From: Macrostomum hystrix
Lineage: Eukaryota; Animalia; Platyhelminthes
NCBI GenBank assembly: GCA_950097015.1
Contig: CATNEN010000038.1
Coordinates: 22,010,001-22,074,000 of the forward strand
Direction of reading: 5' to 3'
DNA: 64,000 nt
In this document: positions 49,001 through 60,224 of the stretch, piece after piece
Layout of the letters: every line of letters starts with the position of its first letter
Position numbering within the stretch: the first letter of the stretch is position 1
Notes under the pieces: generated by a model
The model's database searches: none
Seen by the model: only the letters and a program-made list of their open reading frames with translations
Told to the model about the DNA's origin: nothing
Made by a program: the position numbers and the translations under genes

Positions 49001-52000
49001 AAATGGAATTGCAGTAGAGCTAAAGCTTCGTAAATGGGATCTTGGAGAGTGGCAGCTCTCAAATAGGATCACTGGGGATTTTTACCTGCTAGCGTCGCGA
49101 TCCGAGGCAGCCGCAGCAGCAGCCGCCGCAGTGTTGAGCACTTCGTGAAGAAACAGCAGGCACTTGCATGCGATGCGCACACTGTCCATTGGATCAGCGT
49201 AACGCCAGCGTTGAAAATCTGGCAGCAGTACCCGGGAAACGTAGACGATGCCGGATAGCAACAGATTACTGGGCGGACTGAGCTGACAAACAGCCAGAGA
49301 GACAAGAAAGTCAAGATACGCCGACATCACGGGATATTGGCCAATGGCGCGTTCGCGATTATTGTGTACCCAACAAATTAGCGAGCTGTCGATCTGGTAG
49401 CTGTGGGTCGTAGGTTTAAGCCAATAAATTACAAAAAATAACCCACCCTTAATTACTTCAGCTAATGCTGGTACCTATTTAACCTTTTACCTATTTAAGT
49501 GTCTTGATAAAGGACACAAATTGTTTCAGTGGAGCCGGGAATCGAACCATCAACCTTCAAGTCGTGAGTCCCACGCTCTAACCACTAGGCTACAACCTTG
49601 AATCAATACAATAATAACTAACAATGCAACAGACCTATTAGGCTTATCCGCTTCGAATGGACTCCGAATCAAGGGTAGGGCGCTTCCGCCGGCGCCGATT
49701 CCGCTAGATCGTTCCAATAGTCTGGCCAGACGACTGGCATCCATTGGCAGACAGGCAGCTAGAAATGCAACACAGCTTGACAATAGGACCGGATAGCTTT
49801 GCAGACCAGCAGATTGTCTGTGGGTCGAGTTGGATTTGTATGAATAATACGCCTTACACTACTAATAGTAATAGAAAATATTTGAAGGCATTCATTCTTT
49901 AAAAGACAGTAACCAGCTACTAAAACGGCACTTTTTGGTTCTCTTTTGGCACCCTTAATAGGGCCGTTTTAAAAACTGTCAATAGATATTCAAATATGTT
50001 TAATGGGATAGGTATAGATTATTATGATTATTACAAATGTCTGTTTAGAAAAAACCATAGCGAATTTCGCAAAGCAAAAATATCTGTCAAAACGGCCCTT
50101 TTTAGGATTGCTTTGAGTAACTTGAGAATAACTTACCTGACAAGTAGGCAGATAGCGTGATCAGCCAAACGCAGAGCCTCTAGTCTAAACTTGCCCTTCA
50201 ATAACCAGGTGCGAGAATCAGATAGCAGGCCAGATAAACGATTAACTTCCATAGGAGACAATTGATGCAGCGGTTGACAACTGCGGCTGGCCAACTCGTG
50301 CTCAATCACTGGCCAGACTGAGTAGGTCTCGGGTAGTTGCCAGGTAACACAATTGTTGCCTACGGAGGTAGGAGAAATCAGCAAAACTGCAACCTCAGCT
50401 TGTTGAAACTAATCCTTTGGATGAAAAATCACCAAATTCAATGATGATAGTGACTAGATTAGTGACTGATCCAACCAGATTAGTGACTGATCCAACCAGA
50501 TTAGTGACTGATCCAACCAGATTAGTGACTGATCCAACCAGATTACTGACTAATCCAACCAGATTACTGACTAATCCAACCAGATTACTGACTAATCGAA
50601 CCAGATTAGTGACTAATCCAACCAGATTAAGGACTGATCCAACCAGATTTGTGACTAATCCAACCAGATTACTGACTAATCCAACCAGATTACTGACTAA
50701 TCCAACCAGATTTGTGACTAATCCAACCAGATTTGTGACTAATCCAACCAGATTTGTGACTAATCCAACCAGATTTGTGACTAATCCAACCAGATTACTG
50801 ACTAATCCAACCAGATTACTGACTAATCCAACCAGATTACTGACTAATCCAACCAGATTTGTGACGAATCCAACCAGATTAGTGACTAATCCAACCAGAT
50901 TACTGACTAATCCAACCAGATTACTGACTAATCCAACCAGATTACTGACTAATCCAACCAGATTTGTGACGAATCCAACCGGATTAGTGACTAATCCAAC
51001 CATTTCATTCGGCGTTTTCGACCAGCTTACCGACAATCTCGCCTGGACAGCCCGCCGGTATCACGGGCCCGCCACCGCCGCAGCCGCCCAGGGGTCGCCG
51101 ATCCTGCGTGGCGATTACCGAGCGCGGATTGTCATCGGCAGCGGCCACGACGATGTCAGCGTGGTCAGCTAATTCAGCGATTCTCTCTGAGAATGCGCCC
51201 AGGGAGCGAACTAGATCGCAAACCGGATCCGCGTCTTCGAAATTGTCGGCTTCGCCGTCGCAACAAGATCCGTCCTCGCCGTTTGACGTAGCCATACCGG
51301 CCAATTGTGCGCAGACGTGGAAAATGGCCAAACTAGCCGGGAATTCATTGCACATTCGTTCTAGCACCGGCGATAATGATCGCAGTGAGAATCGGCGCCT
51401 GTGCTCATGCTGCTGCTGCTGCTGTTGCTGGCCGGAAGCGCAGACAGAGGGCAGTAGGGACGCGAATAAAGATAAGTAGGCCGATTTGTGCTCACCCAAT
51501 GAGTCCAGAGCAGCATAAGCGGACACCAGTGCTAGAAGGTCCATCACTAGGCAATTGTACAATTGTAGCAGAGCAGACGAACACGAGATGTCAGCGCCGG
51601 CATCCACTCCAACACCGACGCCCATGTTTACCTGGGGTAGTTTTTTGGGGTAAGCTTTTTGTCTTCTTAACTTTTTAGTTATATTCTAACCTTTTCAAGA
51701 ATCTTCCTACCTGTCTTGGATCAGGAATCTTCCCAATAACCAAGGAATCGTCCGAAATGTCTGGGAATCTACCCAGAATGTTTCTCGAATCTGGGAATCT
51801 TCCCAATAATACAGGAATCTTCCCAATAATACAGGAATCTTCGTAATAATCTAGGAAACTTCCCGAAAATATAGGAATCTTCCTTATAATCCAAGAATCT
51901 TCCCAATAGTCAAGGAATCTTCCCAATAATCTAGGAATCTTCCAAATAATCTAGAAATCGTCGGAAATGTCTAGGAATCTTCCCAACAATCTAGGAATCT

Positions 52001-55000
52001 TCCCAATAATCTAGGAATCGTCCGAAATGTCTAGGAATCTACCTAGACTGTTTCTCAAATCTAGGAATCTTCAATAATCTAGGAATCGTCTGAAATGTCT
52101 GGGAATCTACCTAGACTGCTTCCCAATAATCTAAGAATCTTCCCAATAATCTAGGAATCGTCCGAAATGTCTAGGAATCTTCCTAGACTGTTTCTCAAAT
52201 CTAAGAATTTTTCCAATAATCTAGGAATCTTCCCAATAATCTAGGAATCTTCCCAATAATCTAGGAATCTTCCCAATCATCTAGGAATCGTCCGAAATGT
52301 CTTAGAATCTACCCAGAATGTTTCTCTAATCAAGAAATCTTCCCGGCTACACTTTTAACTAGCTAGGATTATTCCAAACTCTCTAGAAGTTGGACTAAAA
52401 AAAACAAACCTGTCGTCTTGTTACAAAATCAGTCCCTACCTGTATATCGGGTCCCAAGCAGCCGGCCAGATAGTCGAAGCCAGCCAAACGTCGAATAGCT
52501 TTGTCAGCTAATACCACAGCCGTAGAGGCGCTGTCACCGCCTGAGTCGTTGGCGGCCCTACTGCCTAGCACGACGGCGCACATCATCAACACCGGAGCGT
52601 GGCTTCGCCGATCGCCGGATAATTGATTGCGCAACTTGTCCGACAGTCTATCGAATACCGGCATCGGCCCGACGGCTACAGGCGAGTCCTCGCCCGCTTC
52701 GGACAATTGTCGACACGCTTCGGCTGGATCCAAAGCAGCTAGAACAATCAGGCATTGAAGGAAGCCGATACGCCTACAGCGGGCGTCGGCGTCGAGATCG
52801 GAATCAATTTCGACATTGTCGGGCAGTAGGTTTGACGGCGGCGCTAGACGCTGCTGCAGTAGAGCTTCGATGGCGTCGACTAAAGCGTCGACATTTGACG
52901 AAAGTTTTTCGGCGTAGGCGGCGGATGACACTAGAAGGTAGACAGCCTGAAGGGTCTCTTCGGCTTCCTGAAGTCGCTGCTCGCGCCATTGTCGAGATTC
53001 CTCGTCATCCTAGAAGATGGGACGGCCACTTCTAATACAATTCAGGAGAAACATAAACTCATGTAACCTTAAAGATGAAAAACACTATTTATAGGCCTAC
53101 TCACATCCAGAAACGGAAAGTACTTGCTGGATTGTCGCTGGCCACTGGCATCGCACAGGGACGTGTAGAACTGCATTAGCTGCGGGTGTACATATAAAAT
53201 TCAGGAAATCCATATAGCTTCTACCCCCTGACCCTTCAGTGCCTCAGCTTCCACATCCTGTTCCTTCAGTGCCTCAGCTTCCACATCCTGTTCCTTCAGT
53301 GCCTCAGCTTCTACCCCCTGACCCTTCAATGCCTCAGCTTCCACATCCTGTTCCTTCAGTGCCTCAGCTTCTACCCCCTGACCCTTCAGTGCCTCAGCTT
53401 CCACATCCTGTTCCTTCAGTGCCTCAGCTTCTACCCCCTGACCCTTCAGTGCCTCAGCTTCCACATCCTGTTCCTTCAGTGCCTCAGCTTCTACCCCCTG
53501 ACCCTTCAATGCCTCAGCTTCTACCCCCTGACCCTTCAGTGCCTCAGCTTCCACATCCTGACCCTTCAGTGCCTCAGCTTCTACCCCCTGACCCTTCAAT
53601 GCCTCAGCTTCTACCCCCTGATCCTTCAGTGCCTCAGCTTCCACATCCTGTTCCTTCAGTGCCTCAGCTTCTACCCCCTGACCCTTCAGTGCCTCAGCTT
53701 CCACATCCTGTTCCTTCAGTGCCTCAGCTTCTACCCCCTGACCCTTCAATGCCTCCGCTTCTACCCCCTGACCCTTCAGTGCATCAGCTTCCACATCCTG
53801 TTCCTTCAGTGCCTCAGCTTCTACCCCCTGACCCTTCAATGCCTCAGCTTCTACCCCCTGATCCTTCAGTGCCTCAGCTTCCACATCCTGTTCCTTCAGT
53901 GCCTCAGCTTCTACCCCCTGACTCTTCAGTGCCTCAGCTTCTACCCCCTGTTCCTTCAGTGCCTCAGCTTCCACATCCTGTTCCTTCAGTGTCTCAGCTT
54001 CTACCCTCTGACCCTTCAGTGCCTCAGCTTCTACCCCCTGACCCTTCAGTGCCTCAGCTTCTACCCCCTGATCCTTCAGTGCCTCAGCTTCCACATCCTG
54101 TTCCTTCAGTGTCTCAGCTTCTACCCCCCGACCCTTCAGTGCATCAGCTAAAATTTCTTAGAAACGCAGCTTTAAAACGGCCTTACCAATCCGAGCACAT
54201 CCTTGTAGTCGCGTCCGGCCAGATCCATCACCACTGGTTGCAGCAGGTCAGCCAGAGCCGACCAAGGCGCCGAGGCTGCCTCCGCGAAGGCCACTTTGTA
54301 CAGTCGAAGCATGCAGAGTCGTTCAGTAAAGTAGAACTGACGCAGCTGTGGCAGCAGGCTGCACAAACTGCTTGATGAGGCTAGCTCGTGCTGCAGAACA
54401 GGTGAGAATAATAAAAGCTTAGAATTATAAAAACCTGACTAACGAAAAGTGACCCCACACCCTGTTACATAGGGCTACTCTGATCAAAGTGACCCCACAC
54501 ACTGTTACATAGGGCTACTCTGATCAAAGTGACCCCACACCCTGTTACATAGGGCTACACTGATCAAAGTGACCCCACACCCTGTTACATAGGGCTACAC
54601 TGATCAAAGTGATCCCACACCCTGTTACATAGGGCTACACTGATCAAAGTGATCCCACACCCTGTTACATAGGGCTACACTGATCAAAGTGACCCCACAC
54701 ACTGTTACATAGGGCTACTCTGATCAAAGTGACCCCACACACTGTTACATAGGGCTACTCTGATCAAAGTGACCCCACACCCTGTTACATAGGGCTACTC
54801 TGATCAAAGTGACCCCACACCCTGTTACATAGGGCTACACTGATCAAAGTGACCCCACACACTGTTACATAGGGCTACTCTGATCAAAGTGACCCCACAC
54901 CCTGTTACATAGGGCTACACTGATCAAAGTGATCCCACACCCTGTTACATAGGGCTACACTGATCAAAGTGATCCCACACCCTGTTACATAGGGCTACAC

Positions 55001-56756
55001 TGATCAAAGTGACCCCACACCCTGTTACATAGGGCTACACTGATCAAAGTGACCCCACACACTGTTACATAGGGCTACTCTGATCAAAGTGACCCCACAC
55101 ACTGTTACATAGGGCTACTCTGATCAAAGTGACCCCACACCCTGTTACATAGGGCTACACTGATCAAAGTGATCCCACACCCTGTTACATAGGGCTACAC
55201 TGATCAAAGTGATCCCACACCCTGTTACATAGGGCTACACTGATCAAAGTAACCCCACACACTGTTACATAGGGCTACTCTGATCAAAGTGACCCCACAC
55301 CCTGTTACATAGGGCTACACTGATCAAAGTGATCCCACACCCTGTTACATAGGGCTACACTGATCAAAGTGACCCCACACCCTGTTACATAGGGCTACAC
55401 TGATCAAAGTGACCCCACACCCTGTTACATAGGGCTACTCTGATCAAAGTGACACCACACCCTGTTACATAGGGCTACACTGATCAAAGTGACCCCACAC
55501 CCTGTTACATAGGGCTACTCTGATCAAAGTGACCCCACACCCTGTTACATAGGGCTACACTGATCAAAGTGACCCCACACACTGTTACATAGGGCTACTC
55601 TGATCAAAGTGACCCCACACCCTGTTACATAGGGCTACTCTGATCAAAGTGACACCACACCCTGTTACATAGGGCTACACTGATCAAAGTGACCCCACAC
55701 CCTGTTACATAGGGCTACTCTGATCAAAGTGACCCCACACCCTGTTACATAGGGCTACACTGATCAAAGTGACCCCACACCCTGTTACATAGGGCTACTC
55801 TGATCAAAGTAACCCCACACCCTGTTACATAGGGCTACTCTGATCAAAGTGACCCCACACCCTGTTACATAGGGCTACTCTGATCAAAGTGACCCCCACA
55901 CCCTGTTACATAGGGCTACTCTGATCAACGTGACCCCACACCCTGTTACATAGGGCTACTCTGATCAAAGTGACCCCACACCCTGTTACATAGGGCTACT
56001 CTGATCAAAGTGACCCCCACACCCTGTTACATAGGGCTACTCTGATCAACGTGACCTCACACCCTGTTACATAGGCTACTCTGATCAAAGTGACCCAGTT
56101 TCAAAACTCACCTTCAAATTGTCGCTATCCAAATCTGGATTCGATGACAAGAATTCCAGGAACACAGAATGAGCAACTTGAGCATTAAGATTCTGTGAAA
56201 CAGTTTATAAACCGAAAATTGCTTGATTGAACAAAATATTATGTTTCAAGTTTTACTTATAATTCAGGAAAAGTTTCTAAAAACATACCAAATAAGCAGA
56301 CAATTTGCTCATGAAAGTTTGCACTTCTGGTTGCAAATTGAGCGCCTTAACATCTGCTTCAATTTCCTGATCAAGCTGTCTGGAAATTTTTTGTGACAAA
56401 TGAGATTTTGGGTTAATTCACTATGAGGCAATATACATATATTATCGTTTTATTTGAATGGTTGAAAAACATCAAAAGACTATACTGTTAATTCCAAAAA
56501 ACTAACACTTATATTGAACTTACTTTGCAGGCTTATAGTACAAAGGTCCATCCTTCAGTATATCTTTAACATCCAACACCTCCTGACAGAAGGTCTCCTA
56601 AAATTGACATTTTATTGATTTATTATTAGCTTGTTTATTTATTTATTTATTTAGAAACATAATTTAATGTGATAAGCTTCTTATCCTCTTACTTACCTCA
56701 TCTAAATCAGTACTGTTTTGTTGTAAAAATGTTAGCAAGTGATACATATTGCTGTT
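43056..56756 (-). CDS. NUP188: Nucleoporin Nup188; predicted exons (high to low) 56756-56697, 56597-56524, 56379-56289, 56192-56112, 54390-54187, 53179-53124, 53009-52440, 51631-51031, 50359-50137, 49817-49635, 49400-49086, 47621-47496, 47388-47154, 46911-46621, 46545-46454, 46173-45075, 44577-43963, 43454-43056
   Basis: Motifs typical of Nup188: LKDGPLYYKP, QFYFTERLCMLR, ERAIGQYPVMSAYLDFL..LLPDFQRWRY, LFSSLW..SPTFWPSL. Exons join in phase through GT-AG introns. The start codon (ATG at 56747 or upstream) and a few junctions are uncertain. Confidence 0.85.
43512..43748. repeat. 44-bp minisatellite (CATCATGATTGGGTCACTATATGGGGATCATTGTTAGTGATACT), last NUP188 intron
   Basis: 5 copies plus decayed gggatcattg motifs up to ~43870. 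Confidence 0.93.
44608..45063. repeat. 31-bp minisatellite (AAATATCCCATCTACAAACTTCACCTCCCAG), NUP188 intron
   Basis: About 15 copies. Confidence 0.96.
46222..46406. repeat. 34-bp minisatellite (GGTCAGGTGAGTGACCAATTCAGGATGTTTCAGG), NUP188 intron
   Basis: About 5.5 near-identical copies. Confidence 0.95.
47800..49075. repeat. 30-bp minisatellite (AAATGGGGATCTGGGAGAGTTGTAGATTCA), NUP188 intron
   Basis: About 40 copies with degenerate ends. Confidence 0.97.
49490..49598 (-). mobile_element. tRNA-derived SINE 5' part in a NUP188 intron
   Basis: The minus strand reads ggttgtagcctagtggttagagcgtgggactcacgacttgaaggttgatggttcgattcccggctccactgaaacaatttgtgtcctttatcaagacacttaa. Confidence 0.8.
50449..51001. 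repeat. 21-bp minisatellite (ACTAATCCAACCAGATTAGTG), NUP188 intron
   Basis: About 26 copies. Confidence 0.96.
51695..52345. repeat. 20-bp minisatellite (CTAGGAATCTTCCCAATAAT) with interleaved variants, NUP188 intron
   Basis: GGAATC recurs every ~20 bp. Confidence 0.93.
53216..54148. repeat. 30-bp minisatellite with two alternating variants (CAGCTTCTACCCCCTGACCCTTCAGTGCCT / CAGCTTCCACATCCTGTTCCTTCAGTGCCT), NUP188 intron
   Basis: About 31 copies with no indels. Confidence 0.97.
54446..56097. repeat. 40-bp minisatellite (AAAGTGACCCCACACCCTGTTACATAGGGCTACTCTGATC), ~41 copies, NUP188 intron
   Basis: Highly homogeneous tandem array. Confidence 0.98.
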
Positions 56757-58781
56757 CTGAAAAAGGGTATAAAAAACCAATTGACGTTAAAATATGTTCT
56801 TTCTACAATACATTGCAGTTGCTATTGCAATAAAACTACTACAAAATATTAGCAATTGCTAACATAAATTCTGAATTTCATCTATACTTTAACTTTGAAA
56901 AAATGCTTACACTTGACTAGGCTACAATGTGTACAAGATAGCTAAGTAGTAAATCAAATAAAGTAGAGTAAAATTTGAGTAAAATTTGAGTAAAATTGAT
57001 TTGAGTAAAATCATGTCAAGAAATTGTAATTAGGCCTAGGCATAGCTGACAATCATTTAGGTAGGTTAGTTACCATGGGCCTTGTCCATAGCTATTAGCT
57101 AATATAGTATATATAAATAAAGAACTAAATAAATTCCTTCTTTTTCTACTTCAATTATTTCAATTTGTCTTACTTAATTTTACATTTAAGGCTAGCTAGG
57201 TGTATAAATTTGCAGTGAAACTAGGCATAGCTAAGTTACTTTTTACTAAAACCACAGGACAGGAGAAAAAATAGTTAAAACTGAAAATAATGTTCTAAAA
57301 ATAAACTTATTTAGAGTAACTATCCAATACACTAGGCCCCTATATGGTCTAATTGTACATAAATTTCAAATACTTAGAGCTAGCTAGGCCTAATGCCTAT
57401 TGGCAATAGGCTATATGACTATTGACTATAGCTTAGGCTACTATAGGGGCCTATACTAGGCCCCTATACTAGGTAGGCCATTAGAGACATTGCATGCCAT
57501 CTAAGCCTAGCTATGTTTAAGCTTTTGGTCTTGGATTATACCTGGCGAATTTAACTATAGAAATTACAACATTTTTGTTAGGCCAATTGTGCTACATACT
57601 AACTCAGTCAACTCAATGTTTGCTAGGCCCTAGCCAAACTCACTAAAGGGGTGAGAAACAAAGAGAAGAGAGACAAAAGTAGGCCTATGTATTTCAAACA
57701 TTACACTGATGCGATACACCATATTAGAGGCCTAGAATAACACAGTTTGATTGGCTGAGGGTTAAAACACACACGAGGTAGGCCTAGCCTGGTAGGCAGA
57801 CAGTTTGAAAGGGTGCATAGTACAGACACTGCAGAACAACCACAATAACATGCAGGCAGTGCTTATTCTTAGCAGAAAACTATCATCACGGATCCATGTG
57901 ATAAAATTGAAATTAATGACACAGTATACATAAAGAGTTGTAAACCTATTCATACTAGCTGCCAGGTAGATAAGCAGAAAATTATTGTCATGGATCCATG
58001 TGGATAAAATTGAAATTATCGGCATGGGACCGTGGGAGTAAGCACTGCCTAACATGAAAGCACAACCCAACACCTATCATTTAATAGGTAGCTAGCTAGG
58101 CTAGTATGAGAGGCCTAGGCAGGGCTAGATGCTAGATATTACCAAGACCTAGGTTGACTTGACTTACTTGCATAAAAGTAGGCCTAGCAGCTACTGAGCT
58201 ACCTAGCAAGCAGAGATATGCTTTTAATTCTTGAAATTAAAAGCTTTGATATTGAATGCTTACTAAACCTATATGACTATGGCCTAGCTTAGCCACAAGC
58301 AGGCTATCGCCTTACCCTATGGGCTATGGTCCCTATGGTCGCTAGGGTACTCTACCTTACCCTATAGTTATGTACAATGGACATTGTACCTGACTATAGC
58401 TTATAGCTAGCTAAATAATTTCTAGGTTCTTAACTAAGCTTTATCCCCTGTATGAAATAAACTTGTAAAAAAGAGCCAAAATACTCAGCATATAATAGGT
58501 ATATAGCTGCGCCACCGCACTCTAATTAAATTTGGTCACGCGTCACGCCGTGCTATTTCTGATGATTGAAAAAGCAGAAGCCTAGTAAAACAAATGTTTC
58601 ATTTTGAACTGTGATGTTAATGTTAATTTGAGCTTTCAAACCATAGGAGAGCATCTAGAAAAGCATCAGTTAGTGTCAGAGCTCAGTTTAATAACTTCGA
58701 TTTTTCTGTATTGCGTGGCATGATTATAGTGTCATTGTGCCCTCCATCCGGCGGCAACTCCGAGGGATGGCAGCTACAGCC

Positions 58782-59087
58782 AGACCTTGGACACCCTTGG
58801 GCTTCCAAGCCAACACACAAAGGGCCACTAAGACACTATCGATCAACATTACGGCCACCAAATATTTTGATAGCAGCGATTCTGGAAACTTATAATAATA
58901 ACACACAAATATTGTATGTATACCGGTACCAGCCAGCTAGACCTTGGACACCCTTGGGCTTCCAAGCCAACACACAAAGGGCCACTAAGACACTATCGAT
59001 CAACATTACGGCCACCAAATATTTTGATAGCAGCGATTCTGGAAACTTATAATAATAACACACAAATATTGTATGTATACCGGTACC
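58782..59087. repeat. Tandem duplication with a 157-bp offset
   Basis: agaccttggacaccc...gtatgtataccggtacc at 58782-58930 and 58939-59087. Confidence 0.92.
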
Positions 59088-59548
59088 GGGTGGCCCATGC
59101 GTTTAAGGACAACCTTAAAAATAGAAGAAAGCAAAGCCAGCGGTAGCTAGAGCATAATAGTTTTGGTCATAGACAAAATAGTATCTATATAGTCTGTAGC
59201 TGCCGCGAAAATTTTCGGCAACTTAGCATTAGCCATGAATCGCGCTAAACGTTTGATGGTGGTAGACCAGCTCGCGCGGGGTATAAGCCCAGCACAGGTA
59301 CCAGCTGGAGTGAAAATCAACTCAGCCGAGTACATCCGCATGCTGCAGGATCATGTACTGCCATGGATTCGACACAACTTTGCCCCAGGTACGTTTGTTT
59401 TTCAGCAGGACGGCGCTCCTGCCCACACGGCTGACATTATGGCGGTCAGTTAAAATGTTAAAGTTTTCGTTTGTTGGTTGTTTTTATAATAAAAATGTAT
59501 ATACATTTTATTATTTTTAAGTTGTCCTTAAACGCATGGGCCACCCGG
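59086..59548 (+). mobile_element. Internally deleted Tc1/mariner-superfamily element (maT/DD37D-like)
   Basis: Perfect 28-bp TIRs CCGGGTGGCCCATGCGTTTAAGGACAAC and TA TSDs. ORF 59235-59453 fuses a transposase N-terminus to the catalytic fragment GVKINSAEY..VLPWI..FVFQQDGAPAHTA. Confidence 0.93.
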
Positions 59549-59919
59549 TAGTATTGACTAATCGCTGTCACAATTCTAAAATCTACGAGTGCACTATCCA
59601 TCAAAAAAATTCACTATTTCGAATCTGCTATCACGAATAAAACTATTAATCATCGTAATATTATAAATAACGTTAAATAGTCGCAAATTAAGCGTTAAAA
59701 ATCTGATCAATCACAGAAACGCATAAAAATTAACGCATTGGGCATGATCGAGACCGCAACCCGCGACTTCTGAGTAGTGAGACTCCTCAGGCAGCAGTCA
59801 AGTTATAATACAGTGGTCCTTGGCAGCAGTGTACTACAGGAGAATAGCTTTTCCGTGTGTAGTGTGTATTGTTGCCTGCAAGCTCGTCTCATTTTCTTAG
59901 AAAGAAGATCGCAAAAGGG

Positions 59920-60081
59920 TGCCAGTTGTCTTTTGAGTCGCAGTGACTTTTGAGGGCCAGTGGCTTTTGACACTGGGCGCCACAGTGACAAAGACTGCGA
60001 ATGAGTTGTGAGTTTCAATGACTTTTTGACTGCCAGTGACTTTTGAGCGCCAGTGACTTTTGAATGTCAGTGACTTTTGAG
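59920..60081. repeat. Short degenerate CCAGTGACTTTTGA repeats (MITE-like interior)
   Basis: The motif recurs about 7 times. Confidence 0.7.
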
Positions 60082-60224
60082 TGAACTTTCCCATGAAAAA
60101 CTGACTGGTGTAGAGAGCGCTAGGTGTCTTTAAGTTTAATCATATTGTGTGGGCTGTTTTAGAAGTGCCAAATTTAGATGTGTGTATTCGATGGTTACAT
60201 ACGGAATTCGCCCCTGGAACCCGC

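Noticed and set aside
47768-51036. KMGIWESCRF, LNLQLSQIPI and LVTNPTR repeat ORFs
   Set aside because: 30- and 21-bp intronic arrays within NUP188.
53201-54094. 297-aa VEAEALKGQG coiled-coil-like ORF on the NUP188 strand
   Set aside because: Protein-like, but preceded by an in-frame stop if the intron is retained. The nearby acceptor (54148) gives the wrong phase, and the flanking exons join without it.
54446-56097. CRISPR-like appearance of regular 30-40-bp repeats (also 41250, 60225, 61150)
   Set aside because: No unique spacers, no cas genes, and a eukaryotic intronic or intergenic context.
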